Source: Bacillota bacterium
GTDB lineage: Bacteria; Bacillota; JAAYKD01
NCBI GenBank assembly: GCA_963666425.2
Contig: OY762825.2
Location: forward strand, 64,001 to 128,000
Length of the DNA: 64,000 nucleotides
Direction: 5' to 3'
A program made the translations under genes and the position numbers. The notes beneath the pieces were generated by a model that was not told the DNA's origin, did no database searches, and saw only the letters and a program-made list of their open reading frames with translations. Positions 30,194-38,838 of this stretch are shown here, piece after piece. Position 1 is the stretch's first letter, and each line of letters opens with the position of its first letter.

Positions 30194-30853
30194 AAATTAT
30201 ACCACAAAGGGCAAACCCCTTGGATACTTAAAGAGTGGCTTTGGCTCGCTTCCTGTACCCTGTAAATGAGTTACCTTGGCACTACTAGTATATACGAGGG
30301 AACGGTCTTGACCGTTCCGCCGTAACAATTCACCATTCCAATGTGAAAATTCCATCGCGGTTTAGTTTGCACTGAATATTTCAACGTTGCAAGAATATTA
30401 GGTTGTCTTGATCGCTATATTGCGGAACGGTCAAGACCGTTCCCTACAACTGTTCCAATGTGAATGTTGATCATTACAATGTGAATGTTGATCATTACAA
30501 TGTGAATCGTTACGGTATGGAATTACCGTTTCGGCGTGGTTTGCACTTAACACTTCAACGTTGCAATAATGAAATGCAGTGTTGATCGCTATGTTGCGGA
30601 ATGGTCAAGACCGTTCCCTACAACTGTTCCAATGTGAATGTTGATCATTACAATGTGGATCGTTACGGTATGGAATTACCGTTTCGGCGTGGTTTGTACT
30701 TATCGCTTCGATGATGCGATAATGTTGGATTGATTTTTGCATTACAGCGTGGTTTGCACTTAACACTTCAACGTTGCAATAATGAAATGCAGTGTTAATA
30801 AATTTATGGCAGAAATGTAGCCAGCTATCAAACGTCAAGTGGCAAAACGAAAA

Positions 30854-32026
30854 TTATATTCTGGGAACATAAGGCTTTTTATCCCTTAAAACAGCAAAAA
30901 CAATGTTGCATAATTTATGTGTAACAGCTCCAATTGCCGTCATATAATCTTTTCCTTCGTCGCGTTTCTTCTGGTAAAAAGCAGACATGACCGGATCTTT
31001 TTGCGCGGCAACCGTTGCGGCATTCCAGAGCGCTCTGCGCAGATAAGGTGAGCCTCGCTTCGACATCGTGTTGTGCGTTGAAGTGAAATTACCGGATTGC
31101 TTAATCGAAGGGTCAATACCGGCAAATGCCGCCAGTTTCTTTGGATTTTCGAAATTATCAATATTGCCGATTTCCGAGTAGATCACCGCAGCCGAGGTGA
31201 CTCCAACACCAATAATGGTATCCAGATAGCATTCACATTGGGAATAGATCTGCTCAATCTTTTTTTCAATTGCGTCAATCTGTTCTTCAATGAATTGAAT
31301 CAGCTCCACGGTTTGGTGTAATTCAAAGCATAGAGCAGCATTCGCTCTATTCACCCCAACTGTGTGTTTGCAGGCGCTGCGGATCTCCAGCGCTTTTTCC
31401 TCACCGAAACTGCCGCGGGAATGCTTCGCTAAAAAATCAGCCAACCGCTTTGTGCCGAGCTTCAGAATGGCATCCGGTGACGGATACTTGCTGAGCAACT
31501 CCAGCGAAGTTTTACCGAAAATATCTGAAAAAAGCTTGTGATATTCCGGAAAAAGATGATCCAGCACGCCAATTACATGGTTTTTGTGCTTTGCAATCTC
31601 ATCAACCAGAGAACAGCGGAAACGGCATAACTCGCGTAAATTCTGGACATCCTCCGTTTGTACCGCTACGTCGGAATAACGTCCCATGCGGATCACATCC
31701 GCGATATAACCGCAATCCACCGTATCCGTCTTGGTTTTACGGACAGACATGCGCCGTATGGCGTCGGTGAGCAGGGGATTGACCACATGCAATTCAATTC
31801 CTAAATCGAGTAAAACACAATAAAAATTCAGCCAGTAATGACCGGTGGCTTCCATGCCGACGCAAATTGCATCTTGCTTTTGGTAAAGAGCGACCTTCTG
31901 CAAAAACAATTGAAAGCCCTCTTCGGAATTTTCAAATGCAAACGAGGGAGCCAGCGCTTGACCACTGGCGTCCACCGCGATCGCCTGGTGACGGAATTTA
32001 CCGATGTCTACGCCAAAAGTAATCAT
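30854..32026 (-). CDS. IS110 family DEDD transposase (bridge recombinase)
   Basis: Intact 390-aa ORF with 4 substitutions relative to copy 1. Confidence 0.96.
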   Translation of the reverse strand: MITFGVDIGKFRHQAIAVDASGQALAPSFAFENSEEGFQLFLQKVALYQKQDAICVGMEATGHYWLNFYCVLLDLGIELHVVNPLLTDAIRRMSVRKTKTDTVDCGYIADVIRMGRYSDVAVQTEDVQNLRELCRFRCSLVDEIAKHKNHVIGVLDHLFPEYHKLFSDIFGKTSLELLSKYPSPDAILKLGTKRLADFLAKHSRGSFGEEKALEIRSACKHTVGVNRANAALCFELHQTVELIQFIEEQIDAIEKKIEQIYSQCECYLDTIIGVGVTSAAVIYSEIGNIDNFENPKKLAAFAGIDPSIKQSGNFTSTHNTMSKRGSPYLRRALWNAATVAAQKDPVMSAFYQKKRDEGKDYMTAIGAVTHKLCNIVFAVLRDKKPYVPRI

Positions 32027-32062
32027 TTACAGCAACTCCTCAAACTGGAATGCGGCAAAGGA

Positions 32063-32213
32063 TGATCTCTCTGACGCTGACAGCTGCAACCTCGCGTGAA
32101 ATACAAGGATTTTACCCTATCCAGCCAATACGCAGATTTCTGTCAGATCAGAGGCAACACTCTACATCACAGGAACGATTCCCAGGGAACAGTACGTTGA
32201 CCTCTGCCTGACA
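32063..32213 (-). ncRNA. Predicted bridge RNA of IS110 copy 2
   Basis: Guides identical to copy 1 (32192-32184, 32167-32162, 32127-32121, 32094-32091). Confidence 0.8.
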
Positions 32214-32495
32214 AAATTATACCACAAAGGGCAAACCCCTTGGATACCTAAAGAGTGGCTTTGGCTCGCTTCCTGTACCCCGTAAATGAGTTACCTTGGC
32301 ACTACTAGTATATACGAGGGAACGGTCTTGACCGTTCCCTACTACTGCTCCGATGTGGATGTTTGCTATTTCGACATGAATCGTTACGATATGGAATTAC
32401 CGTTTCGGCGTGGTTTGTACTTATCGCTTCGGTACTGTAAATATTCTGATCATCGCTCTACAAATACCAATAACGCTTCTCACAATTGCTTTTAG

Positions 32496-33425
32496 TTAAA
32501 TTCGATTGCTGCTGCCTAACACATCACGCATTTTATGCGCTACCATGGCTTGAATTGCGTTTCTGGCCGGTGTTAAGTATTGGCGCGGATCAAAATCGGC
32601 GGGATGGTTGATGAAATGACTGCGGATAGAAGCAGTCATCGCCAAGCGAAGATCGGTGTCGATGTTGATCTTGCAAACTCCCATGCCGGCAGCCTGCCGC
32701 AGCATTTCTTCCGGTACTCCTTGAGCGCCCTGAATATCACCACCGTATTGATTGCACATGGCGACGAATTCCGGCAGCACGGTTGAGGCGCCATGCAGGA
32801 CAATCGGATATCCTGGCATCATCGCCGCAATTTTTTCTAAACGCTGAAAATCAAGCTTCGGGGTGCCTTTAAATTTATAAGCGCCGTGGCTGGTGCCGAT
32901 GGAGATGGCTAAGGAGTCAACCCCGGTTCTTTGCACAAATTCCACTGCCTGGTCGGGATCGGTGAAACTGGCGTCTTTACCGCTGACTTTGATCTCATCT
33001 TCGATGCCGGCCAATTTACCCAATTCGCCTTCCACCACAATGCCTTTACTGTGGGCGTAATCCACAACTTCTTTGGTTACGGCAATGTTTTTCTCAAAAT
33101 CATATTTAGAACCATCGATCATGACAGAACTGAAACCACCATCAACGCATGCTTTGCAGATCGCAAAATCCTCACCATGATCCAGATGCAGGGCAATATC
33201 CAAACCGCTGTCGAGCATAGCTGCTTCCACCAATTTCATCAGATAAATATGCTTTGCGTATTTTCTGGCTCCGGCGGAAACCTGCAAAATCAAGGGAGAG
33301 CGTTCCTGCTTTGCAGCTTCGACGATCCCTTGGATGATTTCCATATTGTTGACGTTGAATGCACCAACCGCATATTTTCCTTCATACGCTTTGCGGAACA
33401 TTTCTTTGGTCGAGACAAGTGCCAT
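32496..33425 (-). CDS. fba: Class II fructose-1,6-bisphosphate aldolase
   Basis: MALV start after GGAGGAG; ALHLDHG, GTSHGAYKF, VLHGAS, KINIDTD. Confidence 0.95.
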   Translation of the reverse strand: MALVSTKEMFRKAYEGKYAVGAFNVNNMEIIQGIVEAAKQERSPLILQVSAGARKYAKHIYLMKLVEAAMLDSGLDIALHLDHGEDFAICKACVDGGFSSVMIDGSKYDFEKNIAVTKEVVDYAHSKGIVVEGELGKLAGIEDEIKVSGKDASFTDPDQAVEFVQRTGVDSLAISIGTSHGAYKFKGTPKLDFQRLEKIAAMMPGYPIVLHGASTVLPEFVAMCNQYGGDIQGAQGVPEEMLRQAAGMGVCKINIDTDLRLAMTASIRSHFINHPADFDPRQYLTPARNAIQAMVAHKMRDVLGSSNRI

Positions 33426-33622
33426 TTTGATCTCCTCCTTTTTTCTTATCATAGCACAATCAAAAAAATTTGTCATCAGTTTCAGAAAAAGAAGCAAGCA
33501 ATCTCTTGATTTGCAGCGACTGGTAGGATTTTTCTTTCTATAAAGCGAATAGCATAGGATGTGATGGGGGAGAGGGATTATGTCCACCGGATGAACAGAT
33601 TTTTTTTGAGGAGTAATGAAAA

Positions 33623-33901
33623 ATGAAATGGACTGATACTGCAAACTACGCATTTTTGCTGCTGAATTTATGGGCTTTTTTACTGTTTCTTTACGATAAA
33701 ATGATTGCAGGCGGTAAGAGACGGCGCGTACCTGAAAAGAATCTTTGGCTGGCTGCCTTTTTTGGCGGCGCAATTGGCAGTTTACTGGCGATGAGATGGC
33801 TCCGCCATAAGACGCAGCATCGGAATTTCGTCATTGGCATCCCGCTGCTGGCTTTGCTGCAGACGGCAGCTTATCTCTATCTTCGTTTTTTCAGAGGGTA
33901 G
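33623..33901 (+). CDS. DUF1294 family small membrane protein
   Basis: DK..A....RRVPE..L....GG..G......RHKT pattern. Confidence 0.85.
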   Translation: MKWTDTANYAFLLLNLWAFLLFLYDKMIAGGKRRRVPEKNLWLAAFFGGAIGSLLAMRWLRHKTQHRNFVIGIPLLALLQTAAYLYLRFFRG

Positions 33902-34010
33902 CAACTATTTACATGAGAAAAACAAGGGCAAGCCGGTCAGTGTGGATGATTCACTCAAGACCGGCTTGCTTTTTTTGCTGCAATTCATTGAAAATTCATT
34001 TTTCGATAGA

Positions 34011-34078
34011 TTGACAATCATAGATATGTTGCTTATACTGAATATAGAAAAATCTCTATGACATAGAAAAATATCTAT
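34011..34078 (+). promoter_or_regulatory. SigA promoter with two tandem palindromic operators (putative ArsR sites)
   Basis: TTGACA-17-TATACT (34011-34039); ATAGA-N6-TCTAT at 34044-34059 and 34063-34078. Confidence 0.75.
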
Positions 34079-34400
34079 GAAAGGATTGAGCTCATTGCAG
34101 ACATGCTCGAAAGATACCGTGCGGATTTTAAAAGCATTGGCCGATGAAACAAGGCTTGGAATTATTCAGATGTTGTGCAGGGAAGAGATGTGCGCCTGTA
34201 AAATTCTGAAAAATTTCGATATTACACAGCCAACGCTATCCTATCATCTGAGAATATTAACGGAGTGTGGTTTGCTTGACTCGAAACGCGAGGGAGCATG
34301 GATTCATTACACATTGAATCAGGCAGCGTTTGCAGCGGTCAGTTCGTTTTTTAGCGATCTTTGTGAGAGCTGTAGCCGAGCACAAAAAACATTGCTGTAA
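34077..34400 (+). CDS. ArsR/SmtB family repressor
   Basis: KALADETRL, EMCACKI, TQPTLSYHL, REGAWIHY. Confidence 0.92.
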   Translation: MKGLSSLQTCSKDTVRILKALADETRLGIIQMLCREEMCACKILKNFDITQPTLSYHLRILTECGLLDSKREGAWIHYTLNQAAFAAVSSFFSDLCESCSRAQKTLL

Positions 34401-34476
34401 AAGCTGTTGGGTAATCAGCAAACAGTAACTGAAACAAAACGGAACGAATCACATCGTTCATTGAGGAGGAATTTGA

Positions 34477-34956
34477 ATGGATACCTATTTTCTATATGGT
34501 GTAACACTGCTTCTTTTAGTGGTTTCTTACTTAAAAGACAAGAAGAAAACGAAAATTTCCTTAAAGAAAGCCTGGAAGGCGTTTGAAAATATTCTGCCGG
34601 AATTCCTGGTTGTGCTGCTCTTAGTCGGTGTTTTATTGGCTTTGCTCAATACGGAAGTGATTTCCAGGATTATCGGTTCCGGTTCTGGTTGGCTTGGTGT
34701 GCTGTTGGCTTCCATCGTGGGTGCGATTACCCTGATCCCAGGATTTATCGCTTTCCCGATGGCGGCAATGCTTTTGCAGGGTGGTGCAGGATATATGCAG
34801 ATTGGCGCCTTTGTCTCCACACTGATGATGGTTGGGGTGGTGACGATGCCGGTGGAGATGAAGTACTTCGGTAAGAAGCTGACTATTTTGCGAAATGTTT
34901 TGGCGTTTCTATTTTCTTTTCTGGTAGCGTATATTATCGGATTGGTGGTGGTTTAA
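34477..34956 (+). CDS. DUF318/ArsP-like permease, first half
   Basis: Hydrophobic; GAITLIPG..AFP and E.KYFG motifs. Confidence 0.75.
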   Translation: MDTYFLYGVTLLLLVVSYLKDKKKTKISLKKAWKAFENILPEFLVVLLLVGVLLALLNTEVISRIIGSGSGWLGVLLASIVGAITLIPGFIAFPMAAMLLQGGAGYMQIGAFVSTLMMVGVVTMPVEMKYFGKKLTILRNVLAFLFSFLVAYIIGLVVV

Positions 34957-34957
34957 T

Positions 34958-35497
34958 ATGAAAGCAATTTTGATTCGATATCGCGCATTTCTGATCACAA
35001 TGGCAGCGATTGGTTTACTTACGCTCTTTAACCAGCAAATTGGTTACAAAGCTCTCAGTATTTCTGCTAAGTCACTGAAAGAAATGCTGTTTGTGATTCC
35101 TCCGGTGTTTGTCCTGCTTGGTTTACTTGATGTCTGGGTGCCAAAGGAGACGATGGTCAAATATATGGGTGAGGATTCCGGTTTGGTGGGAATCGTTTTA
35201 GCCATCTTGATTGGTTCGGCTGCGGCGGGTCCGCTTTATGGCGCTTTCCCGGTTGCGGCGGTGTTTATGAAAAAAGGTGTTAAGTTCAGCAACATTCTAA
35301 TTTTCATCGGCGCCTGGTCGACAACGAAAATACCGATGTTCCTCTTTGAAATGGCAGCGCTTGGCACAAAGTTTGCACTTACCAGGATGCTGGTGGATAT
35401 ACCGGGTGTGATTATCATAGCGTATCTTTTATCGAAGATGGTATCCAAAGAGGAAATTAAGAAGATCTATGAAAATGCCGAAAATATCAGCAAATGA
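34958..35497 (+). CDS. DUF318/ArsP-like permease, second half
   Basis: LLDVWVP, GPLYGAFP, KIPMFLFE. Confidence 0.8.
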   Translation: MKAILIRYRAFLITMAAIGLLTLFNQQIGYKALSISAKSLKEMLFVIPPVFVLLGLLDVWVPKETMVKYMGEDSGLVGIVLAILIGSAAAGPLYGAFPVAAVFMKKGVKFSNILIFIGAWSTTKIPMFLFEMAALGTKFALTRMLVDIPGVIIIAYLLSKMVSKEEIKKIYENAENISK

Positions 35498-35857
35498 TCA
35501 AACAAAAGTGAGAAAAAAACCAAGGTAAAAAGCGAAAAGCAGAGAAGTGACATAGAAACTTTAGGTACTGCAAGCAATTCAGACAACAGTAAAGCCGCAC
35601 TTCTGCGCCTGGCAAGTATTACTGCCGAACTTGCTAATCTGACCAACGCTGCAAAGAGTGCCAAAGGGATTGCTGGATTGACGGATGCGATGCACTGTGC
35701 AAAAGAGGCACTAGAAAAAGTTGGATTTCATCCGGATGAACACATCATTTCTAAGGACCTGAAAATTTCCAAGAACTTTGATTTAAACTCATCTACTGAT
35801 CTGGAAAGAATGAAAGAAGCAATCGTGGAAAAAACCAAGAAAGTGTATGATAAATAA
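35498..35857 (+). pseudogene. DGC-domain (putative zinc-binding) gene remnant
   Basis: Start-less open frame ...HCAKEALEKVGFHPDEHIISKDLKISK...; IDGC motif lies in a shifted frame at 35677-35688. Confidence 0.6.
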
Positions 35858-35871
35858 TGGAGGTGCTGTAG

Positions 35872-36411
35872 ATGAGTGACACAAACCAAAGCAGCAAGCA
35901 AAAACTTGCAATCAAGTTCATCGTTCCAGTTTTAATTGTTCTTCTTGTGGCTGCAATCTGGATTTTGAAGAACTCACAGAAAAGTAATGCTCCCGTCAGT
36001 GACAATCCCGATTTTGCATTACTTGTCACGGAAGAAATCGATCTGGATCAACTAAAATCTTATGGTATACCGATCCTGCTCGATTTTGGTTCTGATTCCT
36101 GCGTTCCCTGTCAGGAATTGGCACCTATTATAGAGGAACTGAACCAGGAACTGCAGGGTAAAGTGATTGTCAGATATCTTGATGTCTGGAAATATCCCGC
36201 TTTGGCACAAAACTACCCGATTACAGTAATTCCAACTCAAGTGTTTATTGATGCAAAAGGTCAGCCGTATGTTCCGGAAGATGCTAATATCATACCAATG
36301 AAGCTATTTGCCATGAAAGACACAAACGAACATGTTTTTACAACCCATGAAGGTGGTTTAACTAAAAATGAATTTATGAGCATTCTAAAGGAAATGGGGA
36401 TGAAGGAATGA
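35872..36411 (+). CDS. Membrane-anchored thioredoxin family protein
   Basis: N-terminal TM, DFGSDSCVPC, VIPTQ cis-Pro loop. Confidence 0.88.
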   Translation: MSDTNQSSKQKLAIKFIVPVLIVLLVAAIWILKNSQKSNAPVSDNPDFALLVTEEIDLDQLKSYGIPILLDFGSDSCVPCQELAPIIEELNQELQGKVIVRYLDVWKYPALAQNYPITVIPTQVFIDAKGQPYVPEDANIIPMKLFAMKDTNEHVFTTHEGGLTKNEFMSILKEMGMKE

Positions 36412-37100
36412 TAACGCAGTGGCTAGAATCGTTATCTAACCTCCTTGCGGAAAATTTTTGGCTCGCACCGTTGCTTGCGTTGTTGGCCGGAGTCTTAACC
36501 TCTGTTACTCCCTGCGCTCTATCAAGTGTTCCGCTTGTGATTGGATATGTCGGTGGGACTGGCAGCCATGATCCGAAAAAAGCTTTCCGCTTATCGCTTA
36601 CTTTTGCTCTGGGAATGGCAATCACTTTTACAGCGCTTGGGACCATTGCCTCAATGCTGGGAAATTTGATTGGCAGCTCCGGTAAATGGTGGTATCTTGT
36701 GCTGGGTGTTCTCATGGTTTTCATGGCACTGCAAACTTGGGAAATTTATAATTTTATCCCATCCTCCTACCTGATCAGTAAAAGCACAAAAAAAGGTTAC
36801 ATTGGAGCATTTTTTGCCGGCATCTTAGGAGGCATATTTTCCTCTCCCTGTGCGACTCCCGTTCTTGTTGTCTTGCTTGGCATTGTGGCAAGAGGCAGTA
36901 ATGTTGCTTGGGGTGTTTTACTCCTATTGTTTTATTCGATTGGCCATAGTTTTTTAGTGGTGGTGGCGGGAACCTCGATGGGTCTTGTCAGAAAAATTAC
37001 CGCCAGTGGGAAATATGGCAACTTTAGCCAGATATTGAAATATTCGATGGGGACAGCAATCTTGTTGATCGCATTTTATATGTTCTATTTGGGGTTTTAG
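36408..37100 (+). CDS. CcdA/DsbD-type thiol-disulfide transporter
   Basis: TPCAL and SPCATP motifs; about six TM segments. Confidence 0.88.
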   Translation: MITQWLESLSNLLAENFWLAPLLALLAGVLTSVTPCALSSVPLVIGYVGGTGSHDPKKAFRLSLTFALGMAITFTALGTIASMLGNLIGSSGKWWYLVLGVLMVFMALQTWEIYNFIPSSYLISKSTKKGYIGAFFAGILGGIFSSPCATPVLVVLLGIVARGSNVAWGVLLLLFYSIGHSFLVVVAGTSMGLVRKITASGKYGNFSQILKYSMGTAILLIAFYMFYLGF

Positions 37101-37146
37101 CTGCGAGCGTGTCAGCATAATTAATTTTAAAAATGGAGGAGTCAAA

Positions 37147-37386
37147 ATGATCATTAAAATTTTAGGACCCGGCTGTAAAAATTGTGTTGCTCTCACAGAG
37201 AATACGAAAGAAGCTCTTGCGGAACTGGGTATCAAAGCGGAAATTGAAAAGATTACTGATTTTATGGAAATCGCAAGATATGGTGTCATGTCTACCCCGG
37301 GGTTAGTGATCGATGATAAGGTTGTCTCGTTTGGTAAAGTGCTGAAATCAAAAAAAATCGTCAAATTACTCGAGAAAAATCTTTAA
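37147..37386 (+). CDS. Small redox-active disulfide protein (MTH895/Thioredoxin_3 type)
   Basis: IKILGPGCKNC and YGVMSTPGLVID. Confidence 0.9.
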   Translation: MIIKILGPGCKNCVALTENTKEALAELGIKAEIEKITDFMEIARYGVMSTPGLVIDDKVVSFGKVLKSKKIVKLLEKNL

Positions 37387-37456
37387 TAGCACTGACCACA
37401 GCAAACGATTGCTGCAGCATGCATTCATGCAATAAGAAAATATCAGGAGGAAACAC

Positions 37457-37954
37457 ATGCAAAATATGATGGCACTCACAGAAGCAATGATTGAATTCGA
37501 TCAGGGAGACCCCAAGTTGATTCACCATTTCCTTAAGGTTTACGAATTGGCACGTACGATCGGGCAGGGTGAGCAACTCAGTGAACAAGAACAGTTTATC
37601 CTGGAGAGCGCAGCGTTGGTGCATGACATCGGCATTCACGAAGCCATAAAGAAATTCGGCAGCGGCAGAGGAAAGAATCAGGAGATCGTTGGACCGGATC
37701 TGGCACGGCAACTGCTTAGCAGCCTTGCTTGGCCGGCGGACGTCACAGAACGCGTTGCTTTCCTGGTCGGACATCATCATACCTATACGGAAATTGATCA
37801 GCCAGACTACCGCATCTTAGTCGAAGCCGATTTTTTGGTCAATCTGTTTGAGGGACAGGCAACTTCTGCGGCCTGTCGGGAAGCTTATGACAATATTTTT
37901 CGGACCGAAACCGGCAAGCGCCTTTTCCATTGGATGGTACCGCTACCAGAATAG
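37457..37954 (+). CDS. HD-domain phosphohydrolase
   Basis: H...HD...HH...D signature (HFLKV, VHDIG, GHHH, EADF). Confidence 0.85.
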   Translation: MQNMMALTEAMIEFDQGDPKLIHHFLKVYELARTIGQGEQLSEQEQFILESAALVHDIGIHEAIKKFGSGRGKNQEIVGPDLARQLLSSLAWPADVTERVAFLVGHHHTYTEIDQPDYRILVEADFLVNLFEGQATSAACREAYDNIFRTETGKRLFHWMVPLPE

Positions 37955-38121
37955 TGTGCCAACACCCCCGTCCCCCTGGAACATGGAACTTTCGGAAAAT
38001 TGAAGGAGTTCGGCAAATGTTAGCGAAATTAGACTCTGTAGACTGAAATGAAGGACAGAAGAGTTATTTCGCAGCTGAAAAAATGAGCTTCTGTTCCAAC
38101 GAGATTTGGGAGGGTTTGTTT

Positions 38122-38649
38122 ATGAAAACGTTGAAAATTCAATTGGAGACACTGGAATCGATGGATTATTTTTGGGCTGCATTAAAAGACCGCGAAAAAG
38201 TAGCCGATCAGTTCATTCAGGAAGTAACCGCCATGCAAGGTTATCAACTCAGTTATGACCAGGAATTCACAGCCGAATCGGTTCGCCGCGTGATGTCCGC
38301 TTTGACGAACCACGAACCGTTCAAGGCTGCCAATAAAAAGGAAGGCCGTTTATATAGCAATCATTTATGGATGATGGATGATTTGGGGATTGAAAAAGCG
38401 ATGTTGACTCCGGTCAAGCAATTAAACCTTGATCATATCAAAGACGAACTGGCCGATAAAATTGCTTTTGAGGAAGTTGTGGTACATTTTGTACCACTGC
38501 ATTTGGATACTACCTTCTGCAATAAGAATCATTTGCTGGTCAATTTCTTTAAAGTACAGCCCGGTGATGAAGAAACGCCAACCATGATCCAGGACAAACC
38601 AATGGATGAGTTCATCAAAGAAGCCTTATTGGCCGCAATGGCTAAGTAG
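38122..38649 (+). CDS. Conserved hypothetical protein
   Basis: ATG after GGGAGG; native codon usage; followed by a terminator at about 38662-38702. Confidence 0.75.
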   Translation: MKTLKIQLETLESMDYFWAALKDREKVADQFIQEVTAMQGYQLSYDQEFTAESVRRVMSALTNHEPFKAANKKEGRLYSNHLWMMDDLGIEKAMLTPVKQLNLDHIKDELADKIAFEEVVVHFVPLHLDTTFCNKNHLLVNFFKVQPGDEETPTMIQDKPMDEFIKEALLAAMAK

Positions 38650-38838
38650 GCTCTGCAGAGAAGTTTCGTCTGCCGCTAGCGGCAGACGGAGCTTTTATTT
38701 TTCCAATTGCAGTTCAGTGAAAATGTGATTAATTTTCTATGGCATTCTTCTTTTGGAAGGAGATTGCCGCTGCGGGATGGAAGTAGTGAATATCAAATAA
38801 TGAAAAATGAGAAAAGAAAATAATACGCAGAAAGGGAG

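Larger units (their letters stand above)
28801..30296 (-). mobile_element. IS110-family element copy 1 (1496 bp), inserted in a REP at a CT/AG core
   Basis: Flanks ATGTAG|...|AGGGAACGG rebuild the empty site ATGTAGGGAACGG seen at 28291 and 28660; no terminal inverted repeats. Confidence 0.95.
30821..32316 (-). mobile_element. IS110-family element copy 2 (1496 bp), same REP insertion point
   Basis: Same ends and AG cores at 30819-30820 and 32317-32318; near-identical to copy 1. Confidence 0.95.
28220..32430. repeat. BIME/REPIN-like mosaic array of REP palindromes and linker modules, interrupted by two IS110 copies
   Basis: REPs at 28293(+), 28443(-), 28662(+), 28797/30299(+, split), 30424(-), 30598(-) and 30817/32319(+, split); recurrent linker GTTTGCACTTAACACTTCAACGTTGCAA. 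Confidence 0.92.

Noticed and set aside
28799-32318. Composite transposon, target-site duplication or tandem duplication of one IS
   Set aside because: The 524 bp between copies holds only repeat DNA; the flanking AG is the IS110 core rather than a DDE-type duplication; the copies differ in sequence and distal flanks
27909-32430. CRISPR array or repeat-encoded peptides (ORFs 27694-28032, 28128-28391, 30605-30838, 32286-32495)
   Set aside because: Units abut without spacers or reuse the same linkers; the ORFs are by-products of the repeats, lack RBSs and have no protein-like features
33426-33773. 116-aa N-terminal extension of Fba in the ORF track
   Set aside because: A strong RBS precedes ATG 33425, and the extension overlaps the divergent DUF1294 gene
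35495-35560. Selenocysteine readthrough of the permease TGA
   Set aside because: The TGA does not align with a Cys position and the downstream A-rich sequence shows no SECIS-like hairpin
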